Shown here piece by piece: positions 9,988-19,029 of a stretch of 64,000 nucleotides of DNA. Position 1 is the stretch's first letter. Every line of letters starts with the position of its first letter. Origin of the DNA: Puniceicoccaceae bacterium (lineage in GTDB: Bacteria > Verrucomicrobiota > Verrucomicrobiia > Opitutales > Oceanipulchritudinaceae); NCBI GenBank assembly GCA_040830765.1, contig JBFOMH010000003.1, positions 96,001 through 160,000 of the forward strand. Reading direction: 5' to 3'. A model generated the notes under the pieces. The model did not search any database. It worked only from the letters and a program-made list of their open reading frames with translations, and was not told the origin of the DNA. A program made the translations under genes and the position numbers.

Positions 9988-10678
9988 AATTCCGCGGGCC
10001 AGCCTGAAGGCAATAGCCAGGCAATTGAATGAACTTGGCGCGTCCTGGGCATTCACTGGTGGCGCAATCATCGGATTACTCATGGACAAACCTGCACTGG
10101 GCTCCACCCGACCAACCGATGATGTGGATGTCATTATTGAAATTCTTGCGCAAAAGGATTACGCGAAGATTGAAGCCCGCCTGCGTGAATTGGGGTTCCA
10201 GAATGACGACCGTGAAGGCGCACCGATGTGCCGCTGGCTTTTCCGAGACCACCTGACTGTGGACATCATGCCGACTGCCGGAAGTTTTCTGGGACTCTCA
10301 ACCAAGCTATTCAGAGAAGCGCTGGAGAGTTCAATGACACACCATCTGGATGATGTGGAAATAAAGGTTGTGTCGCCTCCCTGCTTTCTGGCAATGAAAC
10401 ATGAGGCTTTTCGCGATCGCGGCGAGGGCGAGTATTTTGCGAGCCATGACCTGGAAGACTTCATCACGATATTGGACGGGCGGGAAGCGATCGTGGAGGA
10501 GGTCCAAGCCGCCCAACCAACGGTCTCCGCATACCTTCAATCAGCGGCAAGGAACCTGTTGGAATCAGAAACATTTCTCGAGGCATTGCCTGGACACCTT
10601 ACTCCCGACTCGGCAAGTCAACGGCGGCTCCCACTTATCCTGAAAAAGCTCAAATACCTCGCAGCTGAAAAGGTATAG
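9980..10678 (+). CDS. Nucleotidyltransferase-fold protein (AbiEii/MenT-like putative toxin)
   Basis: FTGGA...RPTDDVD Pol-beta-type motif, VDIMP, LAMKHEAF.DR, SHDLED. Confidence 0.7.
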   Translation: MVEIPRASLKAIARQLNELGASWAFTGGAIIGLLMDKPALGSTRPTDDVDVIIEILAQKDYAKIEARLRELGFQNDDREGAPMCRWLFRDHLTVDIMPTAGSFLGLSTKLFREALESSMTHHLDDVEIKVVSPPCFLAMKHEAFRDRGEGEYFASHDLEDFITILDGREAIVEEVQAAQPTVSAYLQSAARNLLESETFLEALPGHLTPDSASQRRLPLILKKLKYLAAEKV

Positions 10679-10713
10679 ATTGAGTCCTGTTTATTGAGAC
10701 TCATTTAGAGAAA

Positions 10714-10821
10714 TTAATCTCCTGCAAGTCCCGCGAAACGAAGTGAAGCGGGATTGGCCCGGGGTTCGCCGTGACCGGCGTAGCGCACAGTGCGAAGACG
10801 GGAATCCCCGACCGTCTACCA
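10714..10821 (+). repeat. Direct repeat of the tRNA-Lys 3' half (att-like), interrupted by two hairpin inserts
   Basis: TTAATCTC (10714-21 = 9314-21), 32-bp insert, TTGGCCCGGGGTTCG (10754-68 vs 9322-36), 34-bp insert, AATCCCCGACCGTCTACCA (10803-21 vs 9337-55). Confidence 0.85.
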
Positions 10822-10839
10822 TATGAGGCTATAGCTCCC

Positions 10840-11808
10840 CTACCAGGCGTAACTTTCCGGAGCAGTTCCCTTTGGCGTAGGAAAGATGCTCTCTACCTCG
10901 GCCAGTTGCTCGGGAGTGAGCTGAACATCCAATGCGGCGATGGCATCATTCATCTGCTGCATCGTGCGCGGTCCGGATATCATGGCGGTGACATGCGGAT
11001 TATGAAGCACCCAGGACTGCCCGACAATTGCCGGATCGAGTCCGATCTTTGCACAGAAATCCTCATACTGCCGCATGCTGTCGATGAATCCCTTGCTATG
11101 GTTTTTCATCCAGTCGAGGGAACGCCGTCCCTCCTTGGCCTTGGCCAGTTTCCCTGCCAGCATTACCCCTGAAAGGGGGCCGTAGGGAGTGAAGGCAAGA
11201 CCGTAATCCTCGCATGCCGGGATGACTTCGAGCTCCGCGAACCGGCTGGTCAGGTTGTAACTGTGCTGCTCGGAGACCAGCCCAAGGAAGCCCCTCGCCT
11301 TTTGCCGCTCCATCGCCTGCGCGATGCTCCAGCCAGGAAAATTGGAGGATCCCGCATAAAGGATCTTCCCCTCGCGAACCAGCTGCTCCATCGCCTGCAT
11401 CCACTCCTCTGGCTGTACCAGACGGTCGATATGGTGCATGATGTAGAGGTCTATGTAATCCGTTTTGAGGCGCTTCAAACTGGCCTCGCAGGAGCGGCAG
11501 ATATTCAAGGCGTTGACACCTCCAAAACCGATCTGGTCGCCCATGTCACCATTGCACTTGGTGGCAAGGACCAGCTTGCTCCGCTTGCCACTCGCCTGAA
11601 ACCAGTTCCCGACAATCTCCTCGGTCGCTCCGGCACCCAGATGTGCGCCATAGACGTTTGCCGTGTCGAAATGATTGATCCCCTTGTCGAGCGCAGCATC
11701 CATGATGCTGAATGAGTCCAGCTCCGATGTGTAGGGACCGAAATTCATCGTTCCCAGAATGACTTTACTCGATTGAGAACCTGCCCGGCCGAACTTTACG
11801 TATTCCAT
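10840..11808 (-). CDS. Aldo/keto reductase
   Basis: LGTMNFG, GINHFDTANVYG, LATK, SLKRLKTDYIDLY, GSSN. Confidence 0.93.
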   Translation of the reverse strand: MEYVKFGRAGSQSSKVILGTMNFGPYTSELDSFSIMDAALDKGINHFDTANVYGAHLGAGATEEIVGNWFQASGKRSKLVLATKCNGDMGDQIGFGGVNALNICRSCEASLKRLKTDYIDLYIMHHIDRLVQPEEWMQAMEQLVREGKILYAGSSNFPGWSIAQAMERQKARGFLGLVSEQHSYNLTSRFAELEVIPACEDYGLAFTPYGPLSGVMLAGKLAKAKEGRRSLDWMKNHSKGFIDSMRQYEDFCAKIGLDPAIVGQSWVLHNPHVTAMISGPRTMQQMNDAIAALDVQLTPEQLAEVESIFPTPKGTAPESYAW

Positions 11809-11950
11809 ATGGGTTGCCTTGAATTAGGGGAGGAAGAAGTTTCATTGATCGCCAAGGATTGAGCAAGCCCTTCTTTGCCGGTTAGAATCCGCCTCGGACT
11901 GTTGTCTCCAAGGGAATATAATTAGTTTTGCGGTGTGAATCACAAAATCG

Positions 11951-12014
11951 GTCAAGATTCAACATACAACTGTCAATAATTGACATTAGCAAAGTCGAAC
12001 CCTGCTTGTATACT
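11951..12014 (+). promoter_or_regulatory. Locus regulon site 1: tandem 15-bp repeats plus -10 box
   Basis: GTCAAGATTCAACAT (11951-65), GTCAATAATTGACAT (11972-86), TATACT (12009-14). Confidence 0.7.
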
Positions 12015-12042
12015 CAATGAATCATTGATTAATTCAACCAGC

Positions 12043-13551
12043 ATGAAATCCTACCCCACCCCCGTACTTCTCCCGATCGTTACGCTCATTTTACTAACCT
12101 GCAGTCTGGTTCCAAAGTCGCCAGCGGCAGAGTTGTCCGGAAGCAGACCGAATATCATCCTTGTGATGACAGACGACCAGGGCTACGGCGACCTGAGTTG
12201 CCATGGGCATCCATTCTTGAATACCTATAATTTGGATAAGCTCCACAAGCAAAGCACCCGCTTTACTGACTTTCATGCGAGTCCGACCTGTGCACCCACC
12301 CGCGCTGCCCTGATGACGGGTCGTGCACCATTTAAAAACGGCATCACCCATACAATCCTTGAGCGGGAAAGGATGACCTTGAGCACAACAACCATTGCTG
12401 AAGTATTGCGAGATTCCGGTTATACCACGGGTATATTTGGCAAATGGCATCTTGGGGATGATGATCCCTATCAGCCGGAAAACCGGGGATTCGATGAAGT
12501 GTTCATCCACGGAGCAGGTGGGATCGGCCAGAATTATCCTGGAACCCAGGGAGCCGTTCCTGGCACCGGTTATTTCAATCCGATCATCAAGCACAATGGG
12601 GTGTTTGAACAGACAAGTGGATTTTGTACGGATGTTTTCTTTAGGCAGGCACTCGGATGGATCAAGGAAGCCTCGAGTTCCACAAAACCATTTTTCGCCT
12701 ACATACCGACGAATGCTCCTCATGGGCCATTCATAGCTCCGGAAGAATACAAGGTCTTGTATCGGGATTATACCGGCGGAGATGAGCAGCATGCCGCCTT
12801 TTTTGGCATGATCCACAACATTGACGACAACATGGGCTTGCTCATGCGGAAACTGGCGGAATGGGACCTGGAGGACAATACGCTCCTTATTTTCATGACC
12901 GACAATGGAACAGCAAGGGGTGGCAAGTATTTCAATGCGGGAATGAAAGGGAACAAGGGGTCCGTCAACGAGGGGGGTTCCCGTGTACCCCTGTTCATGA
13001 ACTGGAAGGGAAAAATCAAACCGGGAACAGATTTGGAGTGGATGACGCGCCACTATGACCTGTTTCCGACATTGGCAGAACTGGCGGGAGCCATTTTGCC
13101 GGAGGGCCAGGAAATCGACGGCCGGAGTTTGTTGCCGCTACTCCAATATCCCAAGGATTCATGGAAGGATCCTTGGATGGACCGCTTTACTTTTTTCCAC
13201 CTGGGACGCTGGAGTAAAGAAGGTGCAGATGGCCGCTGGGGAGAAGGCAATACCGATCCGGATAAAGCTAAATATAAAAGCTTTGCAGTGCGCAGCGAAA
13301 GATGGCGACTTGTCGGGAAGGGTACACTCTACGATATCATCAAGGATCCTGGTGAAAAAAACAATGTCATCAGTCAACATCCCGAAGTAGCGCGAACCAT
13401 GCTGGAGGCATATGATGAGTGGTGGGATGAAGTACGACCGTTGATGATCAACGAGAATGCCCCGCTGGACACGGGAAAGCCTCTCATTGAGCAATTTAAA
13501 AGGCAGAACAGTACTACCGGAATCCCAGACTGGGTGCCCCCCGATCTGTAA
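12043..13551 (+). CDS. Arylsulfatase (S1 family, Cys-type)
   Basis: Signal peptide; PNIILVMTDDQG, CAPTR, GKWHLG, TDNG, EGGSRVP. Confidence 0.93.
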   Translation: MKSYPTPVLLPIVTLILLTCSLVPKSPAAELSGSRPNIILVMTDDQGYGDLSCHGHPFLNTYNLDKLHKQSTRFTDFHASPTCAPTRAALMTGRAPFKNGITHTILERERMTLSTTTIAEVLRDSGYTTGIFGKWHLGDDDPYQPENRGFDEVFIHGAGGIGQNYPGTQGAVPGTGYFNPIIKHNGVFEQTSGFCTDVFFRQALGWIKEASSSTKPFFAYIPTNAPHGPFIAPEEYKVLYRDYTGGDEQHAAFFGMIHNIDDNMGLLMRKLAEWDLEDNTLLIFMTDNGTARGGKYFNAGMKGNKGSVNEGGSRVPLFMNWKGKIKPGTDLEWMTRHYDLFPTLAELAGAILPEGQEIDGRSLLPLLQYPKDSWKDPWMDRFTFFHLGRWSKEGADGRWGEGNTDPDKAKYKSFAVRSERWRLVGKGTLYDIIKDPGEKNNVISQHPEVARTMLEAYDEWWDEVRPLMINENAPLDTGKPLIEQFKRQNSTTGIPDWVPPDL

Positions 13552-13564
13552 GAATTGGGAACAA

Positions 13565-14917
13565 ATGAAATCAATTGTCACGAAATATTCACTACTTCTC
13601 CTATTTATTGGCCTCACGGTTCTGTCTGCAAAGCAACAGAACGTCCTCATTATCATGGTGGATGACCTTGGCTATGCCGACCTGTCCTGCTATGGCTCAA
13701 AGGACATGCGCACGCCTGCACTCGACAAGCTGGTCTCCGAGGGCATGCGATTCAACGAATTCTATTCAAACAGCTGCGTCTGCTCCCCTACCCGGGCGGC
13801 CCTCCTGACCGGCCGTTACCCGGAACTGGTTGGCATGCCGGGGGTCAATCGTTTGCATAATGATGACAGCTGGGGATTCCTCACGAAGGATACCATTATG
13901 CTTCCCGAACTTTTTCAAAAGGCAGGATACACAACCAGCTTGATCGGGAAATGGCATCTGGGAATTGTTGAAGGAAACCGTCCCAACCAACGTGGCTTCG
14001 GCGAATTCAAGGGATTCCTTCTGGGAATGATGGACGATTTCTGGGAGCACTCCCGACAGGGAATGCATCAAATGCGGCGGAACGAGACACCAATCTATCC
14101 CAAGGGCCATGCCACGGATCTCATTACCGAGTGGTCCATCGAGGCCTTACAACGCGATGCAGCCAGTGAAAAACCCTTCTTCCAGTTTCTCGCCTACAAC
14201 GCACCGCACTTTCCGGTACAGCCTCCAATCGAATGGCTTTATCGCGTCAAGAAACGCGAGCCGGGCATTGAGGAAACAAGGGCCCGGATGGTGGCCTTTG
14301 TGGAGCACCTTGACTATGGGATTGGCCAGGTTCTGGACGCCTTGGATGATCTGAATTTGCGTGATGAGACGATCGTTGTGTTCACCTCGGATAATGGTGG
14401 ATTGCTCAGCGTGGGGTCCAATAACGGATCCCTCCGCGAAGGCAAAACGCACGTCTATGAAGGTGGCATCAAGGTCCCGACCTGCATCAGATGGCCCGGA
14501 CGAATCAAAGCCGGCCAGAGCACGGAGTTTTCCGCGCTGACTATGGACATTATTCCTACCCTTGCAGAGTTGTGCGACATTCCTGTGGAGCACGAGATCG
14601 AAGGCCGTTCATTTTCAAAACTCCTTTTAACCGGTGAACAGGAAGCATTCCAGCGCCCTGTATTTCACATGTGGCTACAGAAGTATAAAACGAAGGAATC
14701 CATCCGTGCCGGAGATTGGAAGCTGTTGAACGATCAATGGCATCCACTCGGGGAGCGTGATGGAGTGACTTACGAGTTATACAACATTGCATGTGATCCC
14801 GGTGAACAAAAAAACCTCGCGGATTCATTGCCGGAAAGAACTGAAGAAATGGCCAGCAGCCTGGAAGCCCACATGCAGAACACACAAAAGATCGAGTGGC
14901 GAAGGCCTGAAGAATAG
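13565..14917 (+). CDS. Sulfatase (S1 family)
   Basis: DDLGY, CSPTRAALLTG, GKWHLG, SDNG. Confidence 0.93.
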   Translation: MKSIVTKYSLLLLFIGLTVLSAKQQNVLIIMVDDLGYADLSCYGSKDMRTPALDKLVSEGMRFNEFYSNSCVCSPTRAALLTGRYPELVGMPGVNRLHNDDSWGFLTKDTIMLPELFQKAGYTTSLIGKWHLGIVEGNRPNQRGFGEFKGFLLGMMDDFWEHSRQGMHQMRRNETPIYPKGHATDLITEWSIEALQRDAASEKPFFQFLAYNAPHFPVQPPIEWLYRVKKREPGIEETRARMVAFVEHLDYGIGQVLDALDDLNLRDETIVVFTSDNGGLLSVGSNNGSLREGKTHVYEGGIKVPTCIRWPGRIKAGQSTEFSALTMDIIPTLAELCDIPVEHEIEGRSFSKLLLTGEQEAFQRPVFHMWLQKYKTKESIRAGDWKLLNDQWHPLGERDGVTYELYNIACDPGEQKNLADSLPERTEEMASSLEAHMQNTQKIEWRRPEE

Positions 14918-14986
14918 AGTCAGTTATCCAATTCCTAATTAAACCTAAAATTGTCTGGGCGAGACATTTTAAAATGCTCTTCTGAG

Positions 14987-15050
14987 ACCAATTATCGACA
15001 TAACCAAGTCGTAAATCGACATTCCTGCTGATCGAATTGCTTGTTATTAT
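14987..15050 (+). promoter_or_regulatory. Locus regulon site 2
   Basis: ACCAATTATCGACAT (14987-15001), GTCGTAAATCGACAT (15008-22), TATTAT (15045-50). Confidence 0.7.
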
Positions 15051-15075
15051 GTGGGCCTAATCTACCCCGATTCCA

Positions 15076-16737
15076 ATGAACATACCCTTTGCAAGGCTAC
15101 TCCTGATATTGGCCCTGGCTGGCATCACCTTGTTGAATGCTGCCAAGCAGCCCGAGCGTCCCAATTTAATCCTGATCCTGACGGACGACCAAAGGCAGGA
15201 TACACTGGGATGCACCGGAAATGAGATTGTCAAAACTCCCTATATAGACCGGTTGGCTTCCGAGGGGACCCTCTTCACACAAGCAACGGTCACCAGCGCC
15301 ATCTGCACACCGAGCCGGGCCAGTTTCTTCTCTGGGATGCATGAGCGTAACCACGGCATAAATTTCAATTCGGGTACATCCATGTCATCCGCTGCCTGGG
15401 AGCAGTGCTATCCCATGTTATTGAAGCACGCGGGTTACTTTACCGGATATATCGGGAAGAACCACGTTCCGGTGGGCGGCAGCGGTCACTCAAGTGGTGT
15501 CATGGAAGCCACCTTCGACTACTGGTACGCCGGTCATGGGCACTTGGGCTTTTATCCCAAGGAGCGTGGCGAGGCGAATTTCTTCATCAAGGGGATGGAT
15601 GAGACCATGTTCAGCAACGCCCGGGAAGACACCCAGACCGAGATATTGGAGGAAGGCATGGTTAACTTCCTGACTCCCAATGAGGATTTCTATGATAAGG
15701 CTGCCCGTTTCTTGCGGACCCGTCCGGATGACCGCCCATTCTGCCTGAGCATTTCCTTCAACCTGCCCCATGATGCAGGGACCCAGTCCATGCAGATGCG
15801 GGACAGTGACCGGGAGCTGTATAAATCCGCCTACCGGGACAAGTACCGGGAGATCCTTGCCGGTTTGCCGGAAACCTATGTAGCCAAGGAGGACATTGAA
15901 GATCCTAAGCTTCCCGGGGATGTCCTCCTTGCGGAGCTGCGACAGCACGGGTACGACTACGTTGATGAACCGGAAACCCTTGTTGAGCGCATCACCCGGC
16001 GCTACCAGGCTATAGAGGGCATTGACCGGCTGGTCGGCACGCTGCGGGACCAACTCGAAAAGGAGGGACTGGCGGAAAACACGATCATCATTTTTTCCTC
16101 CGACCACGGCATCTTCCGGGGTGAGTTCGGGCTGGGCGGAAAATCGATGAACTATGATCCCTGCCTGCGCGTCCCGATGATTGTCTATGATCCTGCGTCC
16201 CCTGCGAGGGGCCAGGTCCGCGATGAAGCCGTTCAATCCATCGACGTGACCGCGACCCTGCTGGACTATGCCGGTCTGGAGGTTCCCGAGCACATGACCG
16301 GCAAGTCGATGAAGCCAATGGTCAATGGTATCGATACAAGCTGGCGCACTTATGCCTTTTCGGAGGCACTCTGGTGTACCGCTTTCGGGATGCCGCGTGT
16401 GGAAAGCGTTCGGGGGGACGGATGGAAATACATCCGCTACTTTAAAGTCGACCGGAGCCTGTTTGATCCGGAAGCCAAGGGTATCGAGCTTTACCAGGTC
16501 AGCAATGAGCAGGCGACCGCCTATCAGAATTGGCTGACGGCCAGCATCGATGGTCAGCCTCCGGATTATGAAGAGCTGTTTTATCTCAGAACGGATCCGG
16601 ACGAAAGGACCAACCTGGCGGCAAATCCGGAATACAGGCTAAAGCTGGAGGAACTGAGAGCAGTGTGTCAGCAAATGGTCACCGAAGCGCGCGGAGAACC
16701 ATTTCCGGTTGTCGACCTTACATCATTCAACCAATGA
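15076..16737 (+). CDS. Sulfatase (S1 family)
   Basis: TDDQR, CTPSR, GKNH, SDHG, LRVPMIV. Confidence 0.92.
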   Translation: MNIPFARLLLILALAGITLLNAAKQPERPNLILILTDDQRQDTLGCTGNEIVKTPYIDRLASEGTLFTQATVTSAICTPSRASFFSGMHERNHGINFNSGTSMSSAAWEQCYPMLLKHAGYFTGYIGKNHVPVGGSGHSSGVMEATFDYWYAGHGHLGFYPKERGEANFFIKGMDETMFSNAREDTQTEILEEGMVNFLTPNEDFYDKAARFLRTRPDDRPFCLSISFNLPHDAGTQSMQMRDSDRELYKSAYRDKYREILAGLPETYVAKEDIEDPKLPGDVLLAELRQHGYDYVDEPETLVERITRRYQAIEGIDRLVGTLRDQLEKEGLAENTIIIFSSDHGIFRGEFGLGGKSMNYDPCLRVPMIVYDPASPARGQVRDEAVQSIDVTATLLDYAGLEVPEHMTGKSMKPMVNGIDTSWRTYAFSEALWCTAFGMPRVESVRGDGWKYIRYFKVDRSLFDPEAKGIELYQVSNEQATAYQNWLTASIDGQPPDYEELFYLRTDPDERTNLAANPEYRLKLEELRAVCQQMVTEARGEPFPVVDLTSFNQ

Positions 16738-19019
16738 AATGGGCAACCATTCTCGCTGTTCTTTGCTGCAACGTCGTTGCTTCAATAGCAATTGCTAAGG
16801 ACTATTACGTATCCCCGGCTGGCAGCAACAAGAACCCCGGGACACTGCGCAAGCCGTTTGCGTCCATTAATTTTGCCGTCAAGAAGCTCAAACCGGGGGA
16901 TACCCTGTACATCCGTCAGGGAGTCTACCAGGAAACCGTAACGCTGACGGCATCCGGCACACCGGACAAGCCGATCACCATTCAAGCCTATGGTTTGGAA
17001 TATGTTGAACTGAGCGGCGTGCAAAGCCTGGAAAGACAGTGGCAGCTCCACGACAAGGACAAGGGGATTTACGTCGCGAAATTGAATCCAAAGAGCCTGG
17101 CCGCGGAAATCGTCGGTAACAACTTCCAGCTATTCGTGGACAAGGAATCCCTGCTGGATGCCAGGTGGCCGAATTGTGATTTTGACGAACTGCTATCAAG
17201 AAAAGGCTGGCAAGCCGTTGGTAAGAATTCCAGCTATGGCCGCATCGATGCCCCATTTCTGAAAGACAGCAATTTGAATATTGAGGGTGCCGACATCTAC
17301 CTGAACATGATTCACCAGTTCTTCACATGGGGCCGGAAAGTCACCCGTTTCGACCCGAATAAAGGCATCATCGAGTACCCTGCCAATTTCAATCTGGGTT
17401 CGATGTTTTTCCAAGGTTGGTGGGCAACAAACGGATGGAAGGATGATTACTTTTACCTGCAGGGGAAGTACGACTTCCTGGATCATCCCGGTGAGTTTTA
17501 TTACGATACTGAAAAGGGAAAACTCTATGCAATACCCCCAGCCGGAAAAACCCTTGATGGCTCACTTATAGAAATCAAGAAGCGGCTTTTCGGCCTGAAG
17601 GGCAAAGGCATCAGGCATGTGACCTTGAAGGGGATTCACTTCTTTGGAGCAGCCATCCAGTTGCGCGAAAGTGAAAACCTTACCCTCGACGGGTTAACGT
17701 TCCGGTTTCCTGTCAATACCAAGGAGCTCCAGGAATCGACGTTCAAGGAAAACGGTGTGCCAAACAAATACTGGAGGATTACCAACACTGTAAGCGGCCA
17801 GCATAACACGCTCAGGAATATCTATGCCGCCTACGCATCAGGCAGCCTGCTCAATATCAGTGGGAGTCACAACCTGATCGAGAACTCGATTCTTCATGAT
17901 GCCTGCCATTCCGGCTCGCTTTACTATAAGTGCCTATCCTTTGGAGGTAACAACGCGGGCACCATTAAACGCTGCACAATCTTCAATGCGGGCAACGTGG
18001 GCATTCATTTCGGCGGACCGGGTGCCCTGGTAGAGCTTAATCACGTATTTAACACCGGCATGGTCAGCCACGATGTCTCGGCAATCTACACCTCCGGGGA
18101 CCGTGCCAGGAACTGCAGGATCACCCGCAACTGGGTACACGATAACCCGGCACACACTGGAGGAATCGGTATCCGCGGGGACGACCTTACCCGTGAGCTG
18201 ACCATTGACCACAATGTCGTGTGGAATATCGCCCAGAAAGGCATTGTAGCCAAAGGTGACACCAATTCAGTTTTTAATAACACGGTCTTTGCCGTCAGGA
18301 AGTTGGGCATGCTCCTACCCGACCGGGCAGAGCCCCGGAAGGACTGGCAGATCCGGGAAGGCAAAACCTTCCTGGATATTCAGAATTCCAATACCCTTTA
18401 CTTCAATAACATGGTCGAGCATGAGACTTCCGACAAAACGAATCCTTCCGAACCCGTCGCTGTGGGGCAACAAGGTGGCAATTACCGGATCATCGACACC
18501 CCGCCCCTGAACGATATTGCACGCTATGATTTCCGGCCGCTGGAATCCTATAAGAGCGAGCTTTCCGGGCAACCTCTTCCCGATAAAGCGGTCATCCCGG
18601 TGAATCTTGATCCGGACTCAGAACATCCCTACGTGGGTGCCTATGGATTTAATGGATCCGACTGGAAACCGGGTGCCATCAACGGCATGCAGTACCTTGT
18701 TGATAACAAGGAAGACAGGACAATTCTCCGGTTCAAATACACCCTGCCCCTTATTGAAGATGATGCCCTGACCATCCTAATTAACGGTCAGGAAGTTAAA
18801 AGCGGGATGATCCCGAAGCAGAAGTCTTTCAAGTCAATGGCCTTCTTTATCGACGGCAAATTCCTGCAAAAGGGCGACAATATCGTTGAATTTATATCCT
18901 CAAGTTTCGGAACAATCACAGACAACTTCAACAGCCTCAAGAAAAGGCTAGTCCATTCAACCAACTTTCCCGAATCTGGATTATTCAAGAGCGCAAAACC
19001 AGTAGAATTAATATATTAA
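16734..19019 (+). CDS. Secreted right-handed beta-helix protein (DUF1565-type N-terminus), putative polysaccharide-active enzyme
   Basis: YYVSPAGSNKNPGT..PF.SI, PGDTLYIRQGVYQE, ARWPN, parallel beta-helix-like repeats; ATGA overlap with the upstream sulfatase. Confidence 0.75.
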   Translation: MKWATILAVLCCNVVASIAIAKDYYVSPAGSNKNPGTLRKPFASINFAVKKLKPGDTLYIRQGVYQETVTLTASGTPDKPITIQAYGLEYVELSGVQSLERQWQLHDKDKGIYVAKLNPKSLAAEIVGNNFQLFVDKESLLDARWPNCDFDELLSRKGWQAVGKNSSYGRIDAPFLKDSNLNIEGADIYLNMIHQFFTWGRKVTRFDPNKGIIEYPANFNLGSMFFQGWWATNGWKDDYFYLQGKYDFLDHPGEFYYDTEKGKLYAIPPAGKTLDGSLIEIKKRLFGLKGKGIRHVTLKGIHFFGAAIQLRESENLTLDGLTFRFPVNTKELQESTFKENGVPNKYWRITNTVSGQHNTLRNIYAAYASGSLLNISGSHNLIENSILHDACHSGSLYYKCLSFGGNNAGTIKRCTIFNAGNVGIHFGGPGALVELNHVFNTGMVSHDVSAIYTSGDRARNCRITRNWVHDNPAHTGGIGIRGDDLTRELTIDHNVVWNIAQKGIVAKGDTNSVFNNTVFAVRKLGMLLPDRAEPRKDWQIREGKTFLDIQNSNTLYFNNMVEHETSDKTNPSEPVAVGQQGGNYRIIDTPPLNDIARYDFRPLESYKSELSGQPLPDKAVIPVNLDPDSEHPYVGAYGFNGSDWKPGAINGMQYLVDNKEDRTILRFKYTLPLIEDDALTILINGQEVKSGMIPKQKSFKSMAFFIDGKFLQKGDNIVEFISSSFGTITDNFNSLKKRLVHSTNFPESGLFKSAKPVELIY

Positions 19020-19029
19020 ACATTAAACC

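Larger units (their letters stand above)
9356..10821. mobile_element. tRNA-Lys-anchored islet (about 1.5 kb, no integrase) carrying an AbiE-like gene pair
   Basis: Bounded by the intact tRNA and a copy of its 3' 42 bp at 10714-10821. Confidence 0.7.

Noticed and set aside
10681..10821. Second, intron-containing tRNA-Lys
   Set aside because: No 5' acceptor strand or D-arm upstream of 10714 and the anticodon loop is degenerate; it is an att-like remnant.
12094..13053. 319-aa minus-strand ORF (similar cases at 15490-16293 and 38873-39634)
   Set aside because: Fully antisense to well-supported genes; no motifs.
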